Position numbers and translations under genes: made by a program
The notes under the pieces: generated by a model
What the model was told of the DNA's origin: nothing
The model's database searches: none
What the model saw: the letters and a program-made list of their open reading frames with translations, nothing else
Part shown: positions 1 to 12,378 of the stretch, in pieces
Layout: the number at the start of each line of letters is the position of its first letter
How positions within the stretch are numbered: the first letter of the stretch is position 1
DNA from: Schmidtea nova
Taxonomy: Eukaryota
DNA: 64,000 nucleotides
Assembly (NCBI GenBank): GCA_044892505.1
Contig: CM097882.1
Location: forward strand, 100,130,001 to 100,194,000
Reading direction: 5' to 3'

Positions 1-663
1 ATCAAATAATGCAAAATAACAAAATAACAAAATTTTCAAAACCAAAAAAACCCGTCCTTAATCCAAATGCAAAATCGTTTCAGTTTCAGTCGCCCTAAAG
101 TGCAGCATTTCCGCTGTCTTGCGACTGTAGAAATAAAAGAATTGAATACTTTCAACTAATTTTAAATTTTGTTTTTTAATTCATTTTATTTCTTAAACAA
201 AAAATTGCATAAATTATTTCTGAAGATTTTATAGAAAATAAAATAAATTTTTTTTATTTATAATGATTAATGAATTTAATTATGGAAAACTTTTATACGT
301 GATAAATTGTGAATTTTTCGCTTATTATCGTTTTAAAAAAAAAGAAAATATTAATTAACTTTCAAAATTTGACATTTGTTATAATTTGGTGAAATTGTGA
401 CACGCATTAAATGATACTTTACAACATTTTTCTACCCGGTGATTTATATTTCTGAACGATTTTCTTATTAATTTTTTTTTGTTTTAAAAAGTGTTTTATT
501 ATATCAAAAAACAATCTTTGGAAATAAATTAAATAAATAAAAATATGATTCAATATAATTTAAGTTATTTCAAAAAAAGAATTAACAATAAAAATACAAT
601 TTCGAAAAAAATGCAATTTTAACCAATAAATAAAATTAGAATTCATTAAATATTTCAATAATA

Positions 664-1585
664 TTTGGCGTGTCAAAAAAGTAATGAGATTTCGTATGCC
701 ACACACACAAAACTGCTAGCTATGCATTGGTACTGCGTTAAACGAATCACAAGACTTTATACTATCTGACCAATCAGGTGGCTACTGACACACATGTGTG
801 TGACTCTATATAAGGCATGATTTGTAGCATACTTTGTCTTTGTGCAACGACTGCACAAATGGAGCTGAACAAAGAAGCTTATGGATCAGAACTCAATGGA
901 TGACTGTCTTCATTACTGGGCCACGCATGATGAGACCTCGGTACTCTTCAAAGGGCTACAGACAAAAGAGGAAAACCATGTGTGGCTTCCTCCTAACCTT
1001 CCTAGACCTTGAGTTGTCCTCCCAAAGTTGACAAATCAGAAGACAATGCTTGTTCTCGCATTCACTCGAGATGGCAAGTGCAATATTCATGCTGTCCCAC
1101 CTGGTGAAACAGTGACCTCTCAACGATACACTGAGTTTGTCCATGATTCTGGTGAAAAATGGAGGACTCTGTGTTCTTCTCCAACACGACTTAACCAGCT
1201 CCTGTGGCAACATGACAATACGCGTCCTCATGCATCTGTACACACCACGGAATTCTTTGAACAAAGGCAGGTCAAGCTAATCCGTCAGTCAGCTTACAGT
1301 CCAGACTTGAATCAATGTGATCGATGGTTGTTCAACCACCTGAAAAAAGACCTCAGAAAGAGGAACTTCCACTCCAAAGAAGAGGTTCAGAAGGAGTCGT
1401 TGCAGCTGTTCAGACGCATTGAGCGGGAACGCTTCTAGCATGAGCTGGAACGATTGTATACCCATTGTAAAGATGTCATTCGAATCAAGGGGGACTATGT
1501 TGTATGAAAATAAATTGCATTACTGCAAACTGTCTATCTTGTAAGTAGGGTAAGGGGAGTCTCATTACTTTTCAGACACGTCAAA
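664..1585 (+). mobile_element. Internally deleted mariner DNA transposon (~0.92 kb)
   Basis: Imperfect TIRs tttggcgtgtcaaaaaagtaatgaga (664-689) and tctcattacttttcagacacgtcaaa (1560-1585), with TA on both outer sides; mariner transposase remnant inside. Confidence 0.85.
925..1507 (+). pseudogene. Mariner (DD34D) transposase catalytic-domain remnant
   Basis: One frame gives DETSV...WQHDNTRPH...YSPDLNQCD and a mariner-like C-terminus (KGDYVV*), broken by in-frame stops near 1010 and at 1436-1438; the N-terminal DNA-binding domain is missing. Confidence 0.85.
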
Positions 1586-2191
1586 TAAATTAAAAATAAA
1601 TAAATAAATATAATTTTCTTATTTAATTTACGTATGACTATGGATGACTATATATATGTTGGGTTGGTATGGGTTTTGTTGTAGAATTCATTATTGGCAC
1701 TAGGAATTATAACCACCTACCGCCCATCATAGACATTTAACTATCACACTCGTGTAACCTTAGTTATACCCTAATTATCTATGTTGGTAATGTACACGGT
1801 GGAGAGAATCTAGAGAGCAGGGTAGCTCTATTGATAGAACTATTCCTAACTATATCATTTCATTCCAGTTCTTTGCTTCCGATAGAAGAACTTACACGTC
1901 CATGTGTTTTAAGGTCCTTTGATCCAGGTGGTTCTACTAATTATTCTGTGAACGCTGCATTTAATTTCTCTCCTAAATTCCCTTGAGTTATATAGGTCTT
2001 AGTTATTTATTCGTTACAATCCACTCAATTTAAAATTATAGTTAGTAACTCACAAGACAAAACAACTATTTCCCACTCGTTTATTTATATTACAATAATA
2101 GTTTTAATTATAGTGGTAGAATCTTTGCCAATATTTCCAGTTCGGACAGTACACTCAGGGTGTCTACTTGAGTTGCCAACTGCCAAGCGAT

Positions 2192-2815
2192 TTATCTTTG
2201 CTGCCGCCGTTTCTTTGAGCACAACTGTTTGCGCTTGGGAGTCACACTGACTTGAGTTGAAACCTTTCTGTCCTGATCGATTTGAATGGGTCTCTCAGCT
2301 ACTAATTCGGCATAATAGGTTCCCAGGTAGCAACTACTGATGATCGTGAAGGTCCATCGTTGCAACGTAAATGGCCGGATGCTCCCTCGTAATTCAGTGT
2401 TGTTGAAGGTTCGAGTAAATGAACTTAAGCAATTCCATAGCTCCAACCGTACGGCATCCAGTTCCATTTGCACTTCGACTATTGCTCGTTTTACCTGGTT
2501 GGTTTTCATCACTCTTTCCTTCATTTTTGCCGAAGTGAACCAGCTGCATCGTAACTCATCATTCTGGACTGTTAGACAACAAATTAGCCTCTTTAGATGT
2601 TCGATCTGCCTTCCCTGGTTTTGATGATCAGTTTTGGAATTTACGGTAGTCTTAGGATTCGCCATTATGTAGAGATTTTCAAAAGGAGGAAAACAAAATT
2701 CTGTTAGTTGAGTGGAACATCTTATTTTTGTTCCATTATTATTATCGTAGTTATTGATAATAAATAAAGAACAATCAGGGTCAACTTCAATCCAACAACA
2801 AAATTTAAAATACAT
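2192..2815 (-). CDS. Homolog of LTR ORF-B (coiled-coil protein; likely start at ATG 2665)
   Basis: LTVQNDELRCSWF...MELDAVRLELWNCL...ELRGSIRPFTLQRW aligns with LTVANDELKAKWF...LELDAVQRELRNCL...ELRALIRPITAQRW of ORF 25318-25902. Confidence 0.7.
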   Translation of the reverse strand: MYFKFCCWIEVDPDCSLFIINNYDNNNGTKIRCSTQLTEFCFPPFENLYIMANPKTTVNSKTDHQNQGRQIEHLKRLICCLTVQNDELRCSWFTSAKMKERVMKTNQVKRAIVEVQMELDAVRLELWNCLSSFTRTFNNTELRGSIRPFTLQRWTFTIISSCYLGTYYAELVAERPIQIDQDRKVSTQVSVTPKRKQLCSKKRRQQR

Positions 2816-2879
2816 TTATTTTTAGATGACAAACATGTTAAATTAGGCACATTTCTTTCTTGTACGTGAATATACGATG

Positions 2880-3350
2880 AATGTGGGGATCTTTTCAAAT
2901 AAACCTCATCTTCGATTTGAACCTAACCCAATCCTTAAAAGCTCTCTGCTGAACGTTCCTGAGGGGCCGGGCAAGAATAATGAACACGAATCCTAGCCTA
3001 GCAAATACCGATGGCGGGTTGTGTTTACAGTATAAGAGAGTTTTGGGACGACCCAAACTATCCTTGACTAGTGCGAATCATTTCACATATCCATCTTGAT
3101 ATTCTTCATCTGACTGAACTGGCCAATTAGGACCTCCGTGGTACAAAATGTGGGGACTGGAGTGAATTCCTATTGAACTGGAGCAGGTGGAGCGTAGTCC
3201 GTGACGCCGTTAGTACATTCTTTGGTTTTCCTGCCTCGAAATTTCGAGCGAAAGGTCTTTCAGGGCCCTATTATTCGTCTCTTTTGAGCTTCGAAAATTT
3301 GGTTCCGGACGAATAGCAGCTGGCTTTTCTCTCGATATAATTGGGTTGCT
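2880..3350 (-). pseudogene. Disrupted homolog of LTR ORF-A
   Basis: Manual translation gives LKDLSLEISRQENQRMY*RRHGLRSTC...HILYHGGPNWPVQSDEEY...K*F...GRPKTLLY...LGFVF...RPLR. It aligns with ORF 26219-26695; stops at 3210-3212 and 3078-3080 (the latter at a conserved Trp). Confidence 0.7.
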
Positions 3351-5299
3351 ATCTTGTCTTCCACATCTAACATATTCTAAATGAATGAAAATTAAAAAAT
3401 TCGTGCTGCCTTTCGGACTTATTTGGGACCGTCAACTACCCGAAAATTCGATTTGCTGTGTCATCGTAGGATATTCAACACTAAGTGTATTGTGGACATA
3501 CACTGGTTATAAAAATTCATCATCAATATTTCCTTCCTGACCGGATTTTAACCCTCTTGCCTTTTCATAATGACCCAGAAAATGTTTCAGTATTTCCTAG
3601 CTAGCTATCTATTCTCGAAAATTCCCATTTGCAACCTCAAAAATCATTATAACGAAATTATGTCAACTCTATCCTCAATTTAAATTATTCCCCATTAAAC
3701 CAAAACAAAAGTCTTTATTGTTTTAAAATTCTCACCATGATGTTGAACTAAAAAGTCCCACAATCACTGACAACACCCTCGCCGTTTCGCTACAGAGGAC
3801 GCATCTATTTTATTAAAATAATCATGTAAAATTCATAAAATAAAACACAATATAAATCATATAGTTAAATGAAATCGCCATCATGGTAGCATCACGATAA
3901 TACTACAAAATCAAAAACTTCACTAAATATTAATCCTGATTGATCGTAGAAGATTCTTGAAATAATTGGATGTCATAAGATGAGTGAAACTGTGAAATTG
4001 TTCAGCTCACTAATCAATTCAAAGTTCTAAGTTCTGCTTGAAATGATCTTAGGGTCGGTATTTATCCTTACCCAGTCAGTCTAACGGATTAATCAGGATC
4101 GTACCGCCTTACAAAGTAATTTTCATTTTAATTCAATTTACTTCAATATTTTGATCGACAGATCGCAATATCCTGCCTTCTAGATCAAAATTCAACTAAT
4201 GAAATAATAGAATATATTATTTCTTCCTTAATTTCTTATTATTTTTATGTAAATAATAATAATGTAAATAATTGAGTTATAAGAGACGACAATCATCTCA
4301 ATTCTGCGAAATTCTAATTATAGAAAACGATTATTATATGAAGTCCTCATTTTAGAAATCTGATTGATATGCTGACGCAAAATTAGTATAAAAGGAATAG
4401 CAAAACGACAGTAAATTACTAGTTTAGTCAAAGAAAAAAATTATTTAAGAGTACGACACATTTGGTGAGAAAAGTGCGAATAACGAAAATCTTATATTAA
4501 CAAATCAAACGCGTATCAGAATGAGCAATCTACCCTTGGTAGACCTAACCCTATAGCTGGAATAAAGAAAAAAACGGAGTGTTTTGCAGAAATTTGAAAT
4601 TGTATTGATTAATTATTAAATTATGGAAGAAGAAATATCCGATTTGGAGTAATCAAATAATCACCTCGTCGTGTCAATATCAAGAATGCACTTGATACTA
4701 AATTGAACCATGCTAGAGTATCCCAAAAAGAATTTGTAAGTGGAACGTTTGATAGAGCACCTGCATTATTAGGTAGAAATGTAAGTCTCGCTTGCCCCTT
4801 GAAAAATGTTACTACATCTTATACCATTGTTTATACCTGTTCATTGCCAAATTCAATATAAACATCTAGCAGGGTCGGAAAAACTTAACTTGGGACCCAG
4901 AGATATTCTCCTTACAATTCCTCGTCCAATTCTTCAGTATTAATGTCGCCACTGTACCAATGTTTTAGCAATGCGATATTAATTGATCCGTCCTCTTCAT
5001 CACCGTCAGCTTTTGTTTGTATGAAGAATTTCAAAAGTTTCATCAATATCTTTGTAATTTTTGCTCTTAACCTTTAATTCAATAGATATTTTATCACAAA
5101 TCACGTAGAAACTATTTCGCCTAAATATTGATAAATTAAAACATAATAACAGATTTCCTTTTGATTTTAGATATTCACAATAATCATATAAAAGCAATAT
5201 ACTTATTTCATTTGTTTATTATATACAGTTGTCCAACAGAAAAATAAATATTCTTATTTACAAATCCTTTCAAAATAGACAATTAAGGCGCTTCAAAAA

Positions 5300-6230
5300 A
5301 GCAGCTCTTGATATTTGTCTCATTTGTCTATGCGATGATCCGACCCCGTCATCGAATAGCTAAATATTTCAAATATGATGGTGTTGCTAAGGCAGCTTTA
5401 TATGAAAAGAATGAAAACAAATGAAAAGAATCATCTACAGTTCAAACATTTCCTTGAAGAGTTAGATGATGAAGATTCTGCAAATTATTTATCTTTCGAT
5501 TGCATTGTGAGATGATCATCAACTTCATCAAGTTTTTAAACTATTAGAGTTTCTTGTAAAATATCTTAAAGAAAAGACAAATCGTACTCGCAACTCGAAG
5601 ACAAAAACCTGTTGCAAAATATAATGTTCCTTACTGATATAATCAAACAATTTTGCTAATTTCAAACTTAACCCTGCAAAGAAAGAAGAAAAGTCTTCCC
5701 ATTCTAGTTCAAATGATTTTAAGCTTTACGAAAAACGTGCAACCTTTTAAAAAGGATCTCTTGAGAAAATAACTTTCAACATCTTACTTATCTAAAAACG
5801 AGATCTCTTAAGATCAAAGATGAAACACTTGATAAAGATCTAGGAAAGTTAAACGAATTATTGGCAGATTTCAGTCTATAATTTGAAGATCTCAAGAATT
5901 TAAAACCTGCCATCTCATTCTTAATTATAATTCTCAATTTTTCGGTTGGTGCTCCCTGAAATATAGCTGGAGAAATAGAATTGATAGAAATTAAACAAGA
6001 TCTAGCCTTGAAAACGAATCTCAGGGCATCTAGATCTCTAATAGAATTTTGGAAACTTGTTCCATAGTCAAAGAACCATAACCTATTCACAGGAACCACA
6101 ACCGATTTCTGTGAATCCCTTTACGCGCCAATGAAATGTATTAAATTAAAGCACCGTGCAACTACTTCAAGCCAGATTTTAAAAGTCTGATTAAATAGGC
6201 GCAAGCACCAAAATTTTATTATTAATTCAT
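5300..6230 (+). pseudogene. Decayed hAT (Charlie/Buster-like) transposase C-terminal remnant
   Basis: Fragments such as IMFLTDII, ELIEIKQDLALKTNLRASRSLIEFWKLV and MKCIKLKHR resemble Buster/Charlie C-terminal motifs; many stops and frameshifts. Confidence 0.45.
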
Positions 6231-9199
6231 TATTAAATTAAAAATAGAAATAAAATGTTGTGTTTTTAATTCAAGTCGGTATTATTTTCTGATTCATCGT
6301 GCTCTTGTTTAAAATAAATAAAGATTATCCAACACAGTAATATGTATACCAATTTGACCCGCAAAATATTTATTTTATTTTTTTCAGATTTTTTACTAAT
6401 TTTGCATTTTATTGTAAAAATAGTAGGCATCTATACAAAATACGCAGATGTATGACAAATTTATAATAAACCATTTTTGAAGATTTGAAATTATTGTTTA
6501 TGAGTTCCTTGAATAAAATGTGATTAGGACTTTCCAGTCTTTTATGATTCTTTTATGTGACTCACAGTGACATGAAGTTTGGCAACCCTTGCTATAGATA
6601 AAAATTTTGAGACTACAGAATATCATCCTTAGTTTTTGGTTTCACCCCACACTCTGAACCTTTCATTGTAAATATATTATAGGGTTACGGTTCAGATGTT
6701 AAACAGACTAATGGATTACTGTAATAAAAACTTGGGCGCGTAAATGAAAACCGTGAAGACGGAGGGATAACTGTATACTGTAATATATACTTTGATATTA
6801 TACTTTGTAAATTTTACTTGATAGTTGTCAATTCGTATATATGAATTATAAATTTATCTACAATTTATCTAATTTATTTACAATTTTTTTATTTTGTTTG
6901 GAAAATTTTTAAATTATTTTCTACTTTGTTCTTTTTTTTGAAATTTAATAAATTTATCTATAACTTGTAAATTAACATATACTTGTTTATTCTTATCTAT
7001 ATTATTATAAATAGCCTTGGCACGTTAGCTGCCACGTGAAGCAAGTGTGCTTCACAATTACATAAAAACTAATTGTGGCAGGTAACGTGTTGAATAAATT
7101 ATTAAATGATTGAAAATGTATGTTTTTGATTGATTTTGTTTATTGAATTCCTTATATATTACTTTATCGAAATAAATTTCTCTGAGATTTAATTTAATAA
7201 TATTGTTAAGATTATATTATTTGAATTTAATTTAATTTAGAAATAAGTCATTTTTATCAATAAATCAATTTTTTTGGAAACAACTAAAAAAATGATTTAT
7301 ATTACAAAAATTTATATGAAAATTATTGAATTAAAAAGAAGATCAAACGTGAAACCAAAAGATAAATATTATTTTATATTAATATTATTTTTTAGGATTT
7401 TATTTAAGGGAAGGAGACTTTTGATCAATAAAAATAAAGAATGTTAATAATCTACAAAAAAAGAGAACTCCCAAAGTTATACTAAAGGCCCCATTGAACT
7501 GTGCAATGCAGATCACATTAGAATAATCATCAACTGTTTTTGTGATAAAATAAATTGTGAAAAATTACGTTTTCAAAATGTATGAAGTTTAATGAAAATT
7601 GTAATTTTAAATTTATGTTTGTAAAATATCTTAAATTATAAAAATATATATTTCAAACAATATTTTATATTTTTATAATTTAAAACAATAATTTTAAAAT
7701 GGTCACATAATATAAAATCCCAAAATAAAATTCTTTAAAAAATAAATTTTATGTAAATATATTTTATTACTTGGAATTTGTTTGATTATTTAAATTTAGA
7801 TAAGAACGCTGAACAAATCAAGTGCCATTCTACTGTTACTAAAAAGCGAAAAATGCAAAATGATGTGTTTAATTTTATACGATACTCATTGGCTGCCTAT
7901 TATTTATATTCCCAAAAATCCGCTAATCTCTAAAAAAGTTGCGTGAAAAATCTGTGGTTGTTTGTTGGTATATTTGTAGTATACAAGAATAAAAATAAAT
8001 TTAATAAAAAATTTGGAAATTAACAAAACTTGAAAAATAAAATCTTAAAAATAGTTTTTATAAATTCTTCACTAAATTAAGATTAAAAGAAAAAATGAAC
8101 TTTTTTTAATTAAGAATTAAAATTTATTAAAAATCGAATTTACAAGTCTTCATCGTGTCAATGAAGATTAGCCGATAACATAGAAGTTGGGACAAAACTT
8201 TTGCACAATTATCTTTTGGAAATAATTTTATATATATTGTTTAAAATTTTTTAATTTTAATATATCATTTTTAAGAAGAAGAATATAGATAAAAAATATT
8301 TTTTTAATGCACACGGTTTTTTGGTGCATTTGTTCAAAAAATGTGCCACAAATTCATATAGTAGTAAGAGAAGTTGCCACTCAAAAACAAGCCATTTGTC
8401 CCTAAACTATATAAATTCCGTAATGATTAAACTGTGATTCCCCCCCAAAGAGGAAGGTCATATGCAGAATTATATAATACAGTATAGTCACGTATTATGT
8501 TTCGTTACATAATGCACCTTAATTACATAATATATAATATGTAATATTTTTATAACATAATCATTGGTATGACAATTTGTCATGCAGTAATAAAAAAATT
8601 TAATTCATTTTATTTTATAAAGATCTTTAAAAAACATCTAAGTTTAATAATTTTTTCAAAAATTTGAAAATTATTTCAATGTATTATTTGCTTTATTATT
8701 ATTGATTTTAATATACTAGCAACTTGAATATTAAAATTTATGACTTTTAAAATTTTATTCGAGCAAATTCTATAGCATTAAGTACCAATGTTATACGAAT
8801 AGCAATATTCGTGTTTCCTGTATCATTTTTAGTTTGTAATTCATACACTTAAAGCAATATCAATTCTAAATTCCAGGATTAAATACTAAATATTCATACC
8901 CACTCGTATCCAAACAGGATCAATTACCTAATGCTTTGTAGGTAATTGAGTAAAACTCTTGCTTGGTCACATAAATACGACTGGTTGAAGAAGAAAGAAA
9001 GTCTAGTGTAATAAATTCCTATTTATTTAAATTTCATTAAATATTTAAATTTTAAATTTTTATATTCTTACTTATTTTCATGAGCGAATAAACTCAAAGA
9101 ATTATAGAAAAACTTGTATTTATTGATAATTATTAGTTTGTTAGTTAGAATAGTACGAGGAAGTATGTGGATTCTACAAAATAAACATCATATCGTGTG

Positions 9200-9963
9200 C
9201 ATCCAATAAAAAACCGCTGCAGACCCGGGAGGAGGGGCTTTTTCTTTTTTTTGCAAATCCACCTCATAGTTTTTTTGCGTACCCCCATAATTCTTTTGAC
9301 ACACACACACGAGAGTCATCGAAAAATATATATATATATATTTTTATTTTTGAAGTCATTTTAAGGACAAACTATGACGTCATCTTGAGGTCAAGGTCGC
9401 CATAAGGTCAAGGTCACTTTAAGGTTATTATGTCAAATTTTAAAAACTTTAAAATTTCGAAAATTTCAATAAATTTAAGAAATTCGAAAAAACTTTAAAA
9501 AAAACTTCTAAAATTTCAAAAATTGATTATCAAAATTTATTTAAAATACATTAGGCGATTCTAGCACTGTTGATTTTTCAAATATAAGACACTGCTTCTT
9601 TTAGATCTACTTTATAGCCTTGAATCGATACATCAATAAACCATACATTCAACAGATCGAAATGAGTCATAAAAGTAAGTTTTCCTGTTTTTGATAAATA
9701 TTGTTTCATTGTAATATAATTTCTTGTTGATTTTCATCAACGCTTTATTGATTGCAACAGCATCTTCTTTATAGAACTGACCAATTAAGTTTGAATATTG
9801 CAAAGTCGACAGCTTCTGGATACGAGAACTTGAATGGGATTTCATTTACCAAGAAAAACATTTGATAATCGTGAAACATCTGAACTGGTCGTAAATCAAA
9901 TTTGGTTTGAATTGATTTGGTTTCGTTCTTAATTTGTTTCATTTTGCTGAAAAGATTTTGCAT
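9200..9963 (-). mobile_element. Possible Polinton/Maverick terminal remnant
   Basis: Repeated aggtcaaggtc motifs (~9388-9418), a GC patch at ~9215-9240 and a frameshifted minus-strand coding remnant (9633-9963). The family call is tentative. Confidence 0.25.
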
Positions 9964-10339
9964 TTTAGGACTAAGACTAGTTTTGTTCGGTTATTTATAC
10001 TAGTCAATGTTTATGTATGGCCAATCAGATTTGTGCATTTGTATTGCATGACATACATGTGTTGTGCATGTATGACTAATAATATGCATTTGTACTGCTA
10101 ATTATTTGCATATCTACTGTAACTTGTTATTATTATTATTATTATTATTGGTCGCGCCCGCTCTTAAAATATTTTTTAAATTAATTAAATAATAATTAAA
10201 ATAATTAATTGGGTGCTTGATCGCTGTGAGAGATTGTGGGGCGAGCCTGGAAGCCGTTAGACAGTCTTATCGAAATCTATATAAATCTATATGGAAACAA
10301 ATATTTCAAATGTAACTCCCCAATCGCTCCTAACATTCA

Positions 10340-10912
10340 TTGATCAAATTTATCATGATTATTAATAATAAAAGATTGAATCGAAGTTACGGAGATGTTT
10401 CTGGATTTCGCACAGATCTTGATTTATCATTTCTACACAAGAGCAAACTAAGTACAATAATTAATCAAAGTGGACAAATAAGTGGGCCAGTCGATTCTCA
10501 TCATTCAACAAAAGTAGATACAGTTCGCACCTCCTCATCGATACTCAATGGATCAGGAACAATGAATACTGAATTCAATAATTCTACTTATAATCCCAAT
10601 TATCGCAGTTATGATTCGCATTCCTTTTCAACAACCGATCATGACAAATGCAGTCAACAACTCGATACTTTGATGAAAGATTTAAATCTCGATAACAAAT
10701 CTGCATTTCAGGGATCTAGAATGAATTCTAACAACTACATGTTGCATACAGACAATGTCAATAATAATGACAATCCTCAGAATAAAATAGCAAATCGTGA
10801 GCTGCAATTAATGACAGAATTATTGGAAGCACAGAAAGAAATTTCGAATTTACGACGATCTATGAATCATTTAGATTTGCTGGAGCAGTCATCAACAAAT
10901 CTTGGAATTTAA
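10340..10912 (+). CDS. Orphan ORF or captured gene fragment (Ser/Asn-rich, C-terminal coiled coil)
   Basis: 190 open codons in AT-rich DNA, first ATG at ~10356, with LDTLMKDL and ELLEAQKEISNLRR helices; no recognisable family. Confidence 0.35.
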   Translation: MIKFIMIINNKRLNRSYGDVSGFRTDLDLSFLHKSKLSTIINQSGQISGPVDSHHSTKVDTVRTSSSILNGSGTMNTEFNNSTYNPNYRSYDSHSFSTTDHDKCSQQLDTLMKDLNLDNKSAFQGSRMNSNNYMLHTDNVNNNDNPQNKIANRELQLMTELLEAQKEISNLRRSMNHLDLLEQSSTNLGI

Positions 10913-11286
10913 TCGATTGGAATTTTTGGAGGTTTATTTAAAAACATTAGCTTGATTGATTTTGTGATTTGGTTTATTTTTGGGATTTAAGTTTCGTTTA
11001 TTGGGATTAATGGTAATTTTTTTGACTTAAAAATGATTTGTTTAAAATTAATTAATTTGTAATTAAGTTGTAATTTGGACTTTATGCATTTTGTTTGACT
11101 GTATTAATTGTAAGTATTATGGTGGCAGAATTAACTTTTGAATTTAATTATGTATAATTGCTGAGTTTTGTTTTTAGAATTTGAGATTTAACTTTAATTG
11201 AATGGATTTGATTTATCTTGTAATGAACTTTTAAATTGACTGAATTTAAAATATAGAGATTGGTAATACAGTTTTGTTTATTGAAA

Positions 11287-11808
11287 ATGCCAGATTCGGA
11301 ATTAAATGTCGATATTTTAATAACCAGATTATTAGAAGTAAGAGGATGTAGTCCAGGTAAAACTGTCGACATGAAAGAAAATGAAATACGAGCACTGTGT
11401 TTAAAGAGCAAGGAAATAATTTTAAATAAAAACATCTTACTAGAATTGAAAGCTCCGATTAAAATTTGCGGTGACATACATTGACAGTATACAGATCTTT
11501 TGCAACTGTTTGAATACGGGGAATTTCCTCCAGATTCTAACTATCTTTTTCTCGGTGATTATTTTGATCGGGGCAAGTTTTCACTGGAACCAATTTGTCT
11601 TTTGTTGGCTTATAAGATTAAATATCCAGAAAATTTCTTTTTACTACGTGGAAATCATGAAAGCGCCGAAATAAATAGGATTTATGGATCTTATGATGAA
11701 TGCAAGCGTCGATTTACGATTAAATTATGGAAAACGTTTACAGATTGTTCCAACTGTCTTCCTATTGCTGCAATTATTGATGAGAAAATATTCTGTTGTC
11801 ATGGAGGA
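11287..11808 (+). pseudogene. PP1: Protein phosphatase 1 catalytic subunit pseudogene (N-terminal ~174 codons, intronless)
   Basis: MPDSELNVD...LLEVRG...KICGDIH*QY...FLGDYFDRG...LRGNHE...CCHGG. TGA at 11482-11484 destroys the GDIHG motif; the sequence is truncated after HGG. Confidence 0.92.
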
Positions 11809-11859
11809 AGAAAGCTATTGATTTTGGAAATGATATATCAACAATTCTTTGACCTGTTC

Positions 11860-11985
11860 ATCGAACGAGGGCTATTAGCTAAAACTGATATTCAAAAGGA
11901 TTCAGTTTTATTTGAAGAGGAACCACTTGCTCAAATTCAGAATTCCTGGGTCAACGAATATAACTCTAGGGCTTGTCAATGTATT
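11860..11985 (+). pseudogene. SMYD5: SMYD5-like SET/MYND N-terminal fragment
   Basis: [39 protein letters not shown] resembles the SMYD5 segment KGLFA...[32 protein letters not shown] (recalled sequence). Confidence 0.5.
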
Positions 11986-11992
11986 GATGAAA

Positions 11993-12190
11993 ATTAATCA
12001 ATCGTACACTCAATCAGCTGCAATGATGCCATTAGGCTGTTCAATGATCGCATTCTCTTATGATAAGGAGATGGATAAGCTACTGTTATTCAAAACCGAT
12101 CCCAGTGGATTTGTAGCTGGTCGTCGAGCTGTTGCGGTCGGTGGAAAACAGTTGGAAGCTATAAGCTATGAGGAAAAGAAGCTTCGTAAA
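11993..12190 (+). pseudogene. PSMA6: Proteasome alpha-6 (alpha1) subunit internal fragment
   Basis: QSYTQSAAMMPLGCSMI...FKTDPSGFVAGRRAVAVGGKQLEAISYEEKK matches PSMA6 QVYTQNAEMRPLGCCMI...[31 protein letters not shown]. Confidence 0.8.
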
Positions 12191-12378
12191 ATTGAGGAAA
12201 GCAATAGGAGCTGGACTCGCCGAACCAATTATTATTATTATTATTAGTTTAATTGATTCTTAAACCAAAAAGTATATTTACGAATTAATAAACAAAGACA
12301 AGTTATTTATCAGGATTCACTGCATTTTTATTGCTTGCATCTTAATTACAAATTGCTAAAAAATAACCTAAAAGTCAT

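Larger units (their letters stand above)
1657..4200 (-). mobile_element. Diverged solo or truncated LTR related to the giant element's LTR (right end uncertain)
   Basis: Starts tgttgggttggtatgggtttt, like the giant LTR end tgctgggattatgggtgggtttt. Carries homologs of both LTR ORFs in the same order and orientation, with an AATAAA (minus, 2080-2085) after them. No matching CA+TSD end was found. Confidence 0.7.

Noticed and set aside
4600-5010. Degraded coding-like sequence on the minus strand
   Set aside because: Multiple stops and no recognisable family.
8760-9005. Possible host exons on the minus strand
   Set aside because: No consistent splice and frame model, and no identifiable protein.
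11260-11997. Functional PP1 gene
   Set aside because: There is a stop in the GDIHG metal-binding motif, DYVDRG is altered, and the C-terminal half is replaced by unrelated sequence.
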